This document shows positions 13,634 through 27,792 of a stretch of 64,000 nt of DNA, in pieces; within the stretch, counting starts at the first letter, position 1; every line of letters starts with the position of its first letter. Below the pieces are notes generated by a model. That model had not been told where the DNA came from, searched no databases, and saw nothing but the letters and a program-made list of their open reading frames with translations. Source of the stretch: Octopus vulgaris (taxonomy: Eukaryota); contig OX597816.1 in NCBI GenBank assembly GCA_951406725.2, positions 33,728,001 to 33,792,000 on the forward strand, in the 5' to 3' direction. Both the position numbers and the translations under genes were made by a program.

Positions 13634-14589
13634 ATTATATATATCTATAGACACACACACATATATATATAAGAATAATTATGTATACATACACACATAT
13701 ATATAAATCGCACCCATATATACACACATGCACGTATATGGAAACATAAATCCTTATACGGACACACTCATATATATATATATATATCAGTGTTTGTGTA
13801 AACAAAAATACGGTGGCATCTTTACAACTATAACAAAAAAGAGCCAACTGGCATCATGTGATATTGTCTCACTTTCCAGCAACATTCAGATGTTTCCCTC
13901 ACTTTTTCTCTTTGCTGAATATACACCTCCAACACTCCTATACACCCTATATTTAGGTATCCCTCTCATCTTTTACACACCAACATACACTTTCATATAT
14001 CACTCTTTCTATCTATGTCTAATTCTCTCTCACTATAACTAATCAGATATTTTTTTTAATACAATTCTTACAGAAAAGACAATTTCAGTAAAATGGAACA
14101 TCCGTTAAGCATTAGAAATATCCCAAGAACAAACACATCACACAAACAATACAAATATAAAAAAAAAGATAAACAAATATCAACAATAAAAATTATTACA
14201 ACAACAATTACAAATAATATAACAACAAAAAGTTACAAAGAGAAAAACATGAATTTGGCATAAAAACAAACCAAATGAGTTGTCGATAAGAATTGTACAG
14301 AATAAATGTGATAAGATCGATCCATTGGAGAATATAATATGGTTGAGTAGCCCTAAAAAGTATATAAGCAAAGATGGCCTACATTTAACGGGAAAACATA
14401 TTTTAGCGATTCAATAAAGAAATAAAGAAACGGTGATGTTCTGTTAACATTTCTTAATAAAGGATGTCCTAGGGATATTTTGCACTGTCCTTAAAATAGA
14501 AACAATGGATGATACAGAGAAAACATAAATGAATGTTTGTGTGTAATACTAATCGTATTTATGTTTGTTGGTAATATGCATTTGTGTTT

Positions 14590-14836
14590 ATATATACATA
14601 TATATACATATATGTACATATATAGACATATATACATATATATATAAATATATATATATACACATATATATATATACATATATATATACACATATATATA
14701 CATATATATATATATACATATATATATATACACATATATATACATATATATATATATACATATATATATATACATATATATATATACATATATATAAATA
14801 TATATATATACACATATATATATATACATATATATA

Positions 14837-14888
<52 letters not shown>

Positions 14889-14941
14889 CATATATACACA
14901 TATATATATATACATATATATATATACATATATATATATAC

Positions 14942-14974
<33 letters not shown>

Positions 14975-15093
14975 AATATATATATATATACACATATATA
15001 TATATACATATATATATATACATATATATATATACATATATATATACATATATATACATATATATACATATATATATACATATATATATATAC

Positions 15094-15126
<33 letters not shown>

Positions 15127-15264
15127 CATATATATACATATATACATATATACATATATATACATATATACACATATATACATATATACACATATATACA
15201 TAGATGCTTATATATATATACACATATATATACATATATATATACACATATATACATAGATGCT

Positions 15265-15296
<32 letters not shown>

Positions 15297-15317
15297 ACAC
15301 ATATATACATAGATGCT

Positions 15318-15349
<32 letters not shown>

Positions 15350-15368
15350 CATATATACACATAGATGC

Positions 15369-15401
<33 letters not shown>

Positions 15402-15420
15402 CATATATACACATAGATGC

Positions 15421-15455
<35 letters not shown>

Positions 15456-15474
15456 CATATATACACATAGATGC

Positions 15475-15509
<35 letters not shown>

Positions 15510-15528
15510 CATATATACACATAGATGC

Positions 15529-15561
<33 letters not shown>

Positions 15562-15580
15562 CATATATACACATAGATGC

Positions 15581-15613
<33 letters not shown>

Positions 15614-15632
15614 CATATATACACATAGATGC

Positions 15633-15692
<60 letters not shown>

Positions 15693-15694
15693 TT

Positions 15695-15737
<43 letters not shown>

Positions 15738-15745
15738 TATATGCA
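14590..15745. repeat. Compound (TA)n/(CATATA)n microsatellite with an embedded ~52-56 bp higher-order unit marked by TAGATGC
   Basis: Directly visible; TAGATGC recurs about every 54 bp from 15201 to ~15632. Confidence 0.95.
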
Positions 15746-17439
15746 TAAGTGTGTGTGGGTGGGTGTAATGTACGTGTGCATATGCATGGATGAATAGTCA
15801 AAAGAAGTAACAAATATAATTTTCATGCAAAGCCTTTTAGTAAAATGCTTCATAGAAAAGAATACGAAAACTAACGAAATTTAAGTATATATATATAATT
15901 ATTATATATTTGTCACCCAACTCGTTTAGCTTCTAATCATCCCCGATTGAGCAGATCTGTGAGCCAAGTTGTTTAAAACGTGACAAGTCCATCTTTGTTT
16001 CTAAGTAACCTACCAGTATGACATGGAGTCTTTATATTTTTACAGAAATTGATTCGGATGCGAGGACGATTTACTTGCCATTTTAACTCAAGTTTTCGAA
16101 GAAATAGTTTGTATTTAATTAAAGTTTTCCATTAACTCACCTGCATATACATGTGTTTATATTATACAAATTTAGAAGAAAAACACTTAATGAAATTACT
16201 ATGATTGTACGTTTGATTCTTTGGAACTATCTAATAGGTAACAATTATGCCTACGCTGATTATTTAAAATTCTAACTTCTTTTCTCAGTCTTTAGAAGCA
16301 GAATTATTGAAACTTATGAGTTAGTGTATCCTTTTCAGTGGAATAATTTAGGCCGACGGAAATTTATTAGTCCACGGCAGGGAGATATCAGTGAAATGAC
16401 TATTTGATTTTTTAAAATAATGTATCACGAGATAAATGATTTCAGTTTTCTTAAACTTTAACTTATTTACTTATATTCAGATGCAGTTCACCAGGTTACA
16501 GCTAGTGAAGTTCCAAGCCACATGATCTTCTGGAGATAATTCACATGACGATCGATGACACGTATAATTGCACTTTAATTTTACTATGTACTTTTAAGCA
16601 TGAATTGAATACATTCCTAATTTCATACAAACACCAACATCCCCCCCTCTCTCTTGTAGATAGATTGATAGATAAAAGCCAGCAGCAGCAGCAGAGAAGA
16701 GCAGCATGGGAAACAATATCCTGCATTTGCCTTTTCTTGTTTTGGTTTTGTATTCATCACCAAATCAGCTCTCCTATACTAATTCATACAAAGCTCTCCA
16801 TTCATGACAATCAAGCTTGTGGTGTAAAACTGACGCTACTCTCTCGAATGATTTGTTGTTTTTCTTTCTATTTTTCTATAATGTCTCTCAATTCCGTCAT
16901 CATCTTTATTATATCTTTTGGTGCTTTTTGGCCATTTTCACCCGTCCTCATCATCCACTAACTTCAGAGAAACTTGTTTGTTATTCCTGGCATGATGGAA
17001 ATCTGCACACGAGTGGACCCAATATGCAAGTGATGTGTCTTTGACGTCCACACTTTGGACGTTTCTTTTCGTTTCACTCTAAGTATTCGGCCGCATTTGC
17101 TGTCATTATTTCTGGCACCGAGTCGTTTACATACACATACAAGCAAATGTTCAATCACACACACATGCACACACACGCAACTACTCACGCATGCACATAC
17201 ACACACAATTTCTCTCCCTTTCTCTGTCTTTCTTACATACACACACCAATGATAATGTATCATAGAAGACAGAATTAATTGAAGAAGACATAAACGCTAA
17301 ACCACAACGTAGAATGTAAACATTAATCGATGTCTCCAGACGTTTACATAATCAAATGTAAACAAGTGAAATGGGAAAAAAATATTCATTAAGCCGTAAC
17401 ATACAAGAAACGCAAGGGGAAATGAACGTAGAATTTCAT

Positions 17440-17835
17440 ACATAATTATCATCATTATCGTCGTCGCCATCAACATATTCATCATCACCATCATTAATAT
17501 CATAGTCATTGTAATCATCACAGTCGCTGTTATCGGTGCCAACCTAATAACCTTCATCATTGGTTTTCACCATCATCATCGTCATCATAAACAGCGATAG
17601 CAATATCACCATTGTCGTCTCACCACCTTCATCATTTTTGATACCAACGATGATGACAACAATAAATAACGAAGGATTTTGCACATAAACATAATTATTG
17701 TCATCGTCGTCGTCATCATAATAGTCATCATCATCGTCGTCAGCAATATCACTGTCGTCCTCGTCGGCATTAATATTGCCACCGACGCAAGCAACACCAT
17801 CTTCACTTGTTATATTATCGTTTCCATCATCAGCA
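17440..17835. repeat. Degenerate (CAT/CGT)n low-complexity tract
   Basis: Imperfect trinucleotide repeats. Confidence 0.75.
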
Positions 17836-18014
17836 AATGAAACGTTAATATAACAAACAAAACGAAAGACAAATGTGTGAGACAAGAAAAGATAAGGACG
17901 AAAGAGAAATATTCGTATTTATTACTATTGATATTTGATTAAACACGATATAGAATTTTAATCATTTTTCTTCGCAATATTAATATTACTGTTTCTATTG
18001 CTGGTGTTGTTAAA

Positions 18015-19520
18015 GTGGCAAGAAGGCAGAATCGTTAAAGCGTGGGACAAAAAGCTCAGCGCTAGTTTAAATCTCGTTGATATCACGTGGTCGGGAAAAT
18101 AACATACTTGTCAAATACTAGGGTGGATATAAACGACTCACCTCCTCTTCACAAAGTTACTAATTTTAACTTAATTAGAAACAATTATTATCATTTTTAA
18201 AGCGGCGAGATTATGGCTGCGAGCTGACAGAAGTTTTAGCATGCTGGGGAAAATACTTCACAGTATTTTGTCTGCCGCTACGTTCTGAGTTCAAATTTCG
18301 CCGAAGTCGACTTTGCCTTTCATCCTTTCGGAGTGGATTAAATAAGTACCAATTACGCACTGGTGTCAATATAATCCACTTAATCCGTTTGTCTGTCCTT
18401 GTTTGTCCTCTCTGTGTGTAACCCCTTGAGGGTGATAAAAAAGTAGGTATTATGTCCGTCATCACCTTCTGGATTCAAATTCCGCAGAAGTCAACTTTTG
18501 GAGTCGTTACAATAACTTCCAGCCGAGTACTGTGGTGGATGTAATTGGCTATTCCTCTCACCTGAATGCCAGGTATTATGCCTATAATAGAAAGGATTAT
18601 TTAAGCGGTGAGATAGTAAAATGAACAAAATGCTTAGCGACGTTTCCACCAGCTTTTAGTTCAGGATGCATATGCCGTCGAAGTCGACTTTATCTTTCAT
18701 CGTTTCGGGGTCGGTAAAATAAGTACCAGCTTAGAGTATGGGTGATGTAGTCAACTTACACCTTCCCAAAATCTGCTGGCCTTGTGCAAAACTTGAAACC
18801 AATGCTCATCTGTTATTAGTAGTAATATTATTGAGAATAGAAGTACTAGTATTAATAACAATTTCTAAGGTGACCAGCTGGTAGAATCGTAAGTACACCA
18901 GGGCAAAATTCTTAGCGGCATTCCGTCCGTTTTAATGCTTCGTGTTCAAATTCCTGCGACTTTGCCTTCCATCCTTTCGGTGTCGATAAACTAAGTACCA
19001 GTGAAACACTGAGGGTCAATGTAATTAACCTGTCTCCTCCCCCAAAATGTCAGATGTTGTGCGTTTTGTAGAAAGGGTGCTACATTTAATAATATAAATT
19101 CATTAACATCGGTAGGAATGCGACAAGCAAGTAGAATCTTTAGTACGCGGGGCAAAATGCTTCCCTACAAATCGTCCGTCTTTACTCTCTGAAGGTAGAC
19201 TACCACCGAGGTAGACTTTGCCTTTTATCTATTGAGGGTCGATAAAATAAAGAAATGTCGACCATTTGCGTCGATGTAATCAACTAACAGTTTCCCCTGA
19301 AATTGCTCTCTATGCCAAAATCTGAAACCGATGTAGTTATTGACAGATACATTTTAACGCCTCAGAATGTTTTGTAGTTTTTCTGGCAGTCTTGCACATT
19401 CTGAGCGCGAAGGCCACCAACAACTATTTTACCTTTCATATGAGCGGGGTGAGGGAACATAAAATATAGTACCAGTAAATAAATAGCCTCGCTGTTAACG
19501 TTCGGCACTACAGAATTGTT
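18015..19520 (+). mobile_element. Head-to-tail cluster of ~6-7 SINE family A copies or fragments
   Basis: Family A heads or cores recur at about 18015, 18200, 18440, 18604, 18868, 19120 and 19340, all on the + strand and separated by short TTA-rich linkers. Confidence 0.85.
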
Positions 19521-19675
19521 TTTCTCGTGTCAATATTAGAAAGAATTAATGTTAATATTTCTATGAGTGTAACTAATACAATTAATTACTGCTGCCTTAT
19601 TGGATCTACAAATTTTGAAATATCGCAAGCTGCTGTGGCTGATTATAGCTGCTGCTGCCGCTGCCCCTAATATAA

Positions 19676-19676
19676 T

Positions 19677-19728
<52 letters not shown>
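19676..19728. repeat. (TAC)n microsatellite
   Basis: Directly visible. Confidence 0.95.
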
Positions 19729-19729
<1 letters not shown>

Positions 19730-20266
19730 GTAGCAGTAATATCATTATGTTATAGATCAATCCAATTTCATAACTATACAGATCAGTCCAGATTATATGT
19801 CCATCCATGACAAGAAAAAAACAAATTGATAGGATGTATAATAATAATACACAACCATTTAATATTGAAAATCCAAGATTGCTATAATTTAATACGTATC
19901 ACTGATTTATAAACACGAGACTATGTTCGACTTTGCTGCACAATACATGCAACAGTAGCTAAGATGGGCTTCTGCATCCGCTTCAACAGATGTGCAAAGA
20001 AAAATTTGAAGACGATATCAGATGTTTGGAAAGATCTACAATGTGGGCTATTTAAGGAGATTTTCTTCATAAAAAGCACAGTTGAATCGGAAGAATAAGA
20101 CACTTTCGTTAACGCTTGAAGGAACATATAACAAAAGACAGTCTGCTAGATCTATTATACAAGTGGTTGCACATAAAGGGCTGGCGTAGGCTATGGATTG
20201 AATAAATATATATATAGTGATATACACACATACAAAATGGAAGTATATATAAATGGAACCAAAAAC

Positions 20267-20306
<40 letters not shown>

Positions 20307-20356
20307 TTTAAGAGTATATCTAAATGTAGTTATCTATTTATTTTTTATACATAGAA

Positions 20357-20396
<40 letters not shown>

Positions 20397-20534
20397 GTAT
20401 ATATTCATACATATATACTTATACATATTTATACAAGCATGCGTGTATATATGTGTGTGTATACACACACACACACACACATACATAGATTGGCTACAGC
20501 TCTGGAACAAAACTACAAAAAGAAAAATGAATAT

Positions 20535-20600
20535 ATATTTGTTCTACGTCCTCGCGTTGTTGTGTTTTCTCTTTGTTCATGTTTGGATTAACTATAAACT
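20535..20600 (+). mobile_element. 3' fragment of the repeat also at 59150-59210, ending in (TA)n
   Basis: TTGTTCTACGTCCTCGCGTTGTTGTGTTTTC...CATGTTTGGATTAAC matches TTGTTCCACGTCCTCGCGTTCTTGTGTTTTCATGTTGGGATTAAC. Confidence 0.65.
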
Positions 20601-20689
20601 TATATATATATATATATATTCATCTATTACACTGTTATCTTTAGTCAGGTTTCACAAGTCGATTACCGAGCAGATGAACGCATACAATA

Positions 20690-21000
20690 CCCTCCAGGAA
20701 AGAAACACTAAAAAATGCCTCACTTACGAACAACAATGTAACTTGCAGTATATAATGCAGGACTCAAACCTTCTCATCAATAAAAAGCCACAAACATTGT
20801 TGGCCCGAGAACAATCTACAAATTATCAAGCAATGTAATTTATAGACATTACAGTAGAACTTTAGGATTCTTATCGTTATATTGGAATTACTAACAGATC
20901 ACGCTCTAAAAGGCTCACCGTGTACATATCAATATGAGCTATTGCAATACTTTATACAACACACCAGAAAAATAGAATTGTTTGAAAAATACTAGAGAAG
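20690..21000 (+). pseudogene. Possible Penelope-like GIY-YIG endonuclease relic
   Basis: Translation with one frameshift gives SNVIY...YRYIGITNRSRSKRL, resembling the GIY-YIG motif (VIY...YIG.T...R); highly degenerate. Confidence 0.35.
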
Positions 21001-23854
21001 AGTAGTTTTATACACTATACATTTTTTTAGAAATTTAGAAGAATGCAAAATAAAAAAAATTAATGATTTAAACTGAATTGATATGTACTTCTCTTCATAA
21101 TCCTTGTACAATGAACAGGTACCTACTAATATAGTAGCAATTATTAGGAATCTTTTGGAACAGAACGTTGTCCGTAATTCATATAATACTGGAATTAGTG
21201 ATGTGCAAACTAGGTCTTATTTTTGAATGGAGAAGAAAATCACATATTTGTAAATATCTAAGTGGTTTCACATACTTCTCCATACAAGTAAACATCGCTT
21301 CCATTATTTTTAATAAGCTGATTTAAATATTCAGAGAGCAATACCGTCTAAGATGCTCTCAGAAATTTGTGAAAATAAATGTTAATTACAGATTATCGTA
21401 TATTTCAGGTATATTTAAAAATGATCTTTAACAGATTGGAAAGTCTTGGATATGTTCAAAAGCAAAACTTCATCAGACGAAAGCGATTCATTAACTATTA
21501 GTTTCACGATAAGACATAATGTTATCGGAATAGTTATTTATATTAGAGTAGTATTGACATCTATTAGATAAATATTTCTACTTCCTTTGATATATAATGG
21601 GCGAAATAAACCGTATAATGAACGGCTCAACATTTTGTTTTACTGTAACCATTAATAGTTTCATATTTACCTTCTACTCCTCTTCGAATTAAGGATTTTT
21701 AAAGTTCACCGTAAATACTCAGATTACATCACTGAGGAACGTGACGAAAGGATTTCTTAAGGTATTTGTGAGTCGTTCTGATGTCAAGCAAATACTTTAT
21801 TTGCTAGATACATCAGAGTTACATATTCATGCTGGACAATGGTATATAGACGTATGCCACGTGTACGTTTAATTTCAGATAAATTAGGGATAAAACTGCA
21901 GTGCATTTTGAACTAAGTGGCAAAGGAGAAACCCGAAATCTTTGAATTCAAACAATTTTCACTTCTTTAATTTTTTTCTACCGCCCACTCGAATATAATT
22001 TTTCATAACAACCCATCTTTAAAGAAAAATAGAAAACAACGAAAGCAAGCTAATAAATAAGTTATAGCAAATTAATGATTTAGTACTTAAATGTGCCTTT
22101 GTTGTCCATCTCCACTTCACGATGTGTATATTTAACATTTTCTCACAACCGAACAACATTATACGCCATAATTGTAATAATCGGTGTATTTTATGGCGGC
22201 ATTCAAGTAGCTAATGGGATAATTGCAATAAACTAGAAATTAAAAAGAGCCAACTATTAAGCATTATCAGTGTGAACAAACAGCTATATAGAAGTGTTAA
22301 AAAAAACACAGTGAATCTAAAACGTTACATTTAAATTGACATTTTGAATTTGGACAAGGCAACTAGAAAAAAGTAACAGAGAGGATAAAAAGTAACAAGA
22401 TTCACATTTTAATTCCTTACAAGACAGCATCAACTTCAAAATAGCTATCTCAAATAATAATTTATTTTCTAAATGTCATGTTTTCAGTGAATATTAAAAA
22501 TAGAAAGATTATCTAAATATTAATGTCTGTTTCTCATCATCATCATCTGTCATACACACAAACACACATAGGTATGTACACACACAAATGCATACATACA
22601 TGTACATATATATATGTATATATAAAGGCATACACATATAGGTACACACACGCACACATATACATACATACATACAGACAGACAGACAGACGTGCAATCA
22701 GTATTCGTGCATTTTCGCTTTTGTCGGTTTTCTGTTAAGTTATATAGAAAACATATGTAAGATGAAAATTTACATGAAAGAAAACCATAAAATAAACTTA
22801 GTTTCTTCCGAAAGCGACCAGATGAAAGCAAAAAGATATTTCCCATTATTCACTTCCTTGATTGGTTTTCGAGTTATTTCCTTCAAATCTAAATACAGTC
22901 TTCTGTGTCGGAAAATGTTTTTGATTTGAAATTAATACAAGTGAATTAAGCACTTGCTAATATTACACTTTTCTGCCGCCTGTAATAAGTGGACAATTCC
23001 ACGGTGTGGAATATTTAACAGTTCAAGAAGTGACCTGTTACAAGTTTAATTCCTTTTTTCTGTCACCTATGGTTTTTTATGAAGAATCGCGGAACCAACG
23101 ACACATTTTGTTCATGGTTTAAATTAATGGTTTTGTATAATGTAACAGGGAGAGCCTGTTAGACTAGACCAGTTAACAGCTAAGTGGTTTTGGTCAAAGC
23201 TAGTCATACAACTGTCTATCTTACTTTAAATACAAACATAGCTAACGAAGGCATCGTGTTGTTCTACCTACTTATTTTATATATTTCAATTTACTTAAGT
23301 GATATATAGTTTTTTTTTAATTTCCAGACAAGAGAAAAATGAAAGAAAATGAACTTTAGGCCATGCAAAATAACGGAGGAACTACACTGACGACTATACT
23401 TTTTAGTTTGTCTGGCGTCGACTTATTATTTGTCGTGACACCTTGTCTTTTAAATCATAAATGTTCGAGACGACCACCCAGGGAGAAGTTAAATTGTTTC
23501 GTGTATGTGTGTGTGTGTGTGTTTTAAGCGCTACGCATGTGCGTTTGGGAAAAAACGTAGAACGAAAATCAAAAAAGAACGCAAGCGAATATCTACGAAA
23601 GATAAACAGAGCAACAAACAAAAATACAATCAGGAACGTAAGATCAAAGGAATTCGAAACTTGGCCATCAATCTCTTAAATGACATAACAAAACAACAAA
23701 CAAACGAACAAAAAAGTATTTTCTTTGAGAGAAATTGTGGATCTTGTGACTCAAGTAATTATTCAAAACATATGGTCACGTGGTGTAATTGAAAACTTGT
23801 TCTTAATCTGTTACCGAGTTTAGGAGTTACAGCTATACTCTTTCTCACACACGC

Positions 23855-23887
<33 letters not shown>

Positions 23888-24116
23888 AACACACACCATT
23901 ATATCTACATGTTGGCATGTTAATGAGTAGGTTATACATTTGTAAAACAAACAAAATGCCTAGAATTCTTGTTTACAGATATGTAATCTCTAATGATAAA
24001 GAAATTTGCCATAGTTACCATAGTTATCCAATTATATTTACCCACTGATGCTGTTTAAGTTTTCAATTGTCGTGTCTTTGGTAAATATAATGTCCATTTA
24101 TATCTTAGTGCGCGTC

Positions 24117-24146
<30 letters not shown>

Positions 24147-24148
<2 letters not shown>

Positions 24149-24460
24149 GTCGGCGAGCTGGCAGAAACGTTAGTACGCCGGGTGAAATGTTTTGCGGTAT
24201 TACGTCTGCCGTTAAGTTCTAAGTTCAAATTCCGCCGAGGTCGACTTGCCTTTGATTCCTTCGGAGTCGATAAAAATAGTACCAGTTACACACTGGGGTC
24301 GATGTAATCGACTTTATCCCTTCTCCGAAATTTAAGGCCTTGAGCTTCCAGTAGAAATGATTATTGTTATTATTAGTAGTAGTATTAAGGCGGCGAACTG
24401 GCAGAATAGTTAGCACGCTGCACGAAATGCTTAGTGGTATTTCACCGGTCGCTATGTACA
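24147..24460 (+). mobile_element. SINE family A full copy plus the head of a second copy
   Basis: GGCGAGCTGGCAGAAACGTTAGTACGCCGGGTGAAATG...GAGGTCGACTTGCCTTTGATTCCTTCGGAGTCGATAAAA; second head at 24388; preceded by (TTA)n. Confidence 0.88.
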
Positions 24461-25719
24461 GAGATATGGAAAAGAAAGGACCCGCTAGTTATATACTCTT
24501 TCGTGGGCTGATAAGATAATGTACAGCAATGACACTCTATCTACAACATTTACAGGTTAATGAGTCTAGAGGACATAAGGGATCTCGTTAAAATGTTTAC
24601 AACTTTCTAACCACGATTAGTAGTAGACAAGGAAGAATTCTAATACTGTTATTGTTTCTATTTGTGAGAATCTAATCAATCATGGATACAATGCAGTGAC
24701 AATGAAATATCGAAGCTAGATTTCAGACACAACTTGCTGTTTATTTCTTTAAGCCATTAAAACTATTAGCCATTAAAACTATTAGAAACTTAACCACCAT
24801 AGAACAGAAAATTATATTGGTTTTATTGTGAAGGTTTCAGGCTATTTCGACCTTGCCTTCAATAGAGTCATAGCTATTGTACAAAATTCTCAGAATCGAG
24901 AATTTTTTAACATTGTGTTATCAAAATCCAGCATGTATACTGACTTCTACAATGTTTTTATTATCCCATTGTTGATCTTGATATTTTTCTAGAAAGATTT
25001 GCACATATGTGATGTCCCCGAAGGATAGATATGCTTTCGAACGTTGAGCTGATACTACATAGACGACAGGGCCTAAGAATGACCTCCGACATATCTGTAG
25101 TTTAAAGTATTTTGACCTTAGAACATTTGAACGTATCGTCAGTTATTTGAATGCAAGAAAAGACTGTAGTTTATCATATTTATCTTCATTGTAATACCGT
25201 CATGTCACACTTTTATTTCCAGATTATAGCTATATATCAAAAACGTTCACTTGTCAATCATAATCTTAAAAACTATATTCAAGTTAAATAATATACTAGA
25301 GAAATGTTTCAGAGATGTTGATAAACTTTTCAATAAACTATATCTATAAAAACAGTTACCTTTCTTGATAAACAAAAAAAAAAAAACATTACTCGCGCAA
25401 CCATATTGTGAGAACACATTCCCTTTGGTATATATATAGGTGTTGATAATACATTTGAAAAGTTACAATATTTATTATTTCACTTCAGTCACCAATGACC
25501 TCTTAACCATAAGACATTATAATCAAAAGAAAATTTTACAACAAACAGAAACTTATTTAATAAACTTAGTCACATAAGCACAATATTTATCTCAGAGAGA
25601 AAGAGAGTATTTGCCATAGAGTGCGCATGGATGTGTGTGTTTATTCGTGCGAGTGTTTATGTGATGCAGCTCATTTCTCAAAGGATTAGATGTGACAGAT
25701 TTCAAGAGTGTTTAAAATA

Positions 25720-25769
<50 letters not shown>

Positions 25770-26135
25770 GCTCTTTTACTTGTTTCAGTGATTTGACTGC
25801 GGCCATGCTGAAGCACCGCCTTTAGTCGAGCAAATCGACCCCGGGACTTATTCTTTGTAAGCTCAGTACTTATTCTATCGGTCTCTTTTGCCGAAACACT
25901 AAGTGACGGGGATGTAAACACACCAGCATCGGTTGTCAAGCAATGCTAGTGGGACAAACACACACACACAAACACACATATATATATATATACATATATA
26001 TGACAGGCTTCTTTCAGTTTCCGTCTACCAAATCCACTCACAAGGCATTGGTCGGCCCCGTGCTATAGCAAGTGAGACTGAACCCGGAACCATGTGGTTG
26101 GTTAGCAAGCTACTTACCACACAGCCACTCCTGTG
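25770..26135 (-). mobile_element. SINE family B (tRNA-derived, CORE-like) with a small internal deletion
   Basis: Reverse complement matches 36018-36440: head GGAGTGGCTGTGTGGTAAGTAGCTTGC, tail GGCGGTGCTTCAGCATGGCCGCAGTCAAATCACTGAAACAAG. Confidence 0.9.
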
Positions 26136-26171
<36 letters not shown>

Positions 26172-26214
26172 TTATTGTTTATTAATATATCACGTAGACG
26201 TTTAAGCATGAATA

Positions 26215-27480
26215 TACTGGGTCACCCCATAAATAATGCTATTTTTCAATTGCATGAACTAAAAGTAGGAGGGAGACGAGATAAACTACCCGCATCAACT
26301 TCCTATACAAATGAGTAGTAATTTTTATCTTGTCGTCTGCAAGGTTTGAAGCGTGCAGTTCCATTTTAACAGTTAATTTTTCAAAACTAAATTAGAAGTA
26401 ACAAAGAAGCATATTCGGAGTATTTTGCTTTACGAGCAATGAAGGCAAGAAAGCAACGGAAAGTGCGAGGAATATTAATGTAATATATGAGGATCGGACA
26501 ACAAGCGCGAGCCAGCTTCAAGGGTGGGTCCGATCCGGAAATTAAAGCCTAGAAGACGAGCCTCGTCCTCGTAGATCTGAAGAGCTCGACAAAGACGTCC
26601 TGCAAACGCTGATGGAAAAAAATCTGATCGTAACAGTTGAGGAACCAGCAGATAAACTTGGGTTTGTTTATTCAAACATTTATCGACACTTGCGTGCCAT
26701 GGGAAAAGTCAGCATATTCGGTCAATAGATTCCTCACAAACTTTCCCAGTATAATCGCGTACAGAGTGTGAATATGTACTCTTCTTCGAATGAAGCTTTT
26801 ATTTCGACCGAATAGCGACTGGTGACGAGAAATGGGTTCTCTATAAAAATGACAAGCGCCGAAGACAGTGGGTAGGGAAAGGAGAAACACCGGCACCCCA
26901 GGATAAAATTCTTCACCCACTTAAGGTTTTTGTTCTCTGTTTCGTAGGATATGAAAGGTTTAGTCCACTTTGAACTTTTAAAACAAAACCAAACGATATC
27001 AAATGAGATCTGCTCCGAGCAGCTTGAGCGGCTTAAGTCTGCACTAGAAGAAACATGGCCATCTTTGGTTTCACAACGAAAGGTGTTTTCCATTAGGATA
27101 ATGCTCGACCACATACAGAGAATATATTCCAAAAGTTGGAGCAGTTTAAATGGGAAACGATGCCCTTGCCTATCATATTCGCCAGACATTGACCCGTCTG
27201 ATTACCACTTATTCCGCAGTCTTCACGATCATTTGGACGGCAAAAAATATGAATTGCTTAGACAAGGTCCGAACAGTACTGGAGAAGTATTTTTCGTCAC
27301 AAGTGAATTTTGGAAGAGAGGCTTTGAAAGTCTTCCAGATTGATGGAAGAAATGAAAGAAAGTATATTTTAGATTACAAAATGAAAGAAAGTATATTTTA
27401 GATTAAATAAGAACTTTATTTAAATTTTTAAAAATAAACAGGAATGAACAAATCCGCCTTATTTATGGGATGATCCAATA
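26215..27480 (+). mobile_element. Full-length decayed mariner (Tc1/mariner) transposon, 1266 bp
   Basis: TIRs TACTGGGTCACCCCATAAATAATGC and (reverse complement) TATTGGATCATCCCATAAATAAGGC, TA on both flanks. Transposase motifs xIPHKL, TGDEKW and YSPDIDPSDYHLFRSL in broken frames. Confidence 0.92.
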
Positions 27481-27724
27481 TATATCTATCAGCTCACACA
27501 CAAATATTCTATTATAAACGCACATATATACGCAGTGATATGAATTTACATATAATAATAGATTTATATACATAGCTCCACATACGCGTGTATGATAATC
27601 TGTAAGTCGCATAACAGTCACAATTTGCAACATTCTAGCTTTCTGTAAAGTCTACTATATTACACTACATTATTGGATGGCATTCTTCTTCGAGATAGTT
27701 TTACATTGACCTGTTGCACTATCT

Positions 27725-27728
<4 letters not shown>

Positions 27729-27789
<61 letters not shown>
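27729..27789. repeat. (TG)n(TA)n microsatellite
   Basis: Directly visible. Confidence 0.95.

Positions 27790-27792
<3 letters not shown>

Noticed and set aside
14491-15853. Long YI/YM-repeat ORFs (also 45183-45598, 49788-50874, 62335-62672)
   Set aside because: Translations of (TA)n microsatellites, which lack stop codons.
16480-17263. Unique-looking DNA with short ORFs (16545-16961 and others) as possible exons
   Set aside because: No domain similarity, and the candidate acceptor at ~16480 leads to stops in all frames. It could be UTR or regulatory DNA, but I cannot support that.
17544-17885. Asp-rich ORF
   Set aside because: Product of a degenerate (GAT/GAC)n tract.
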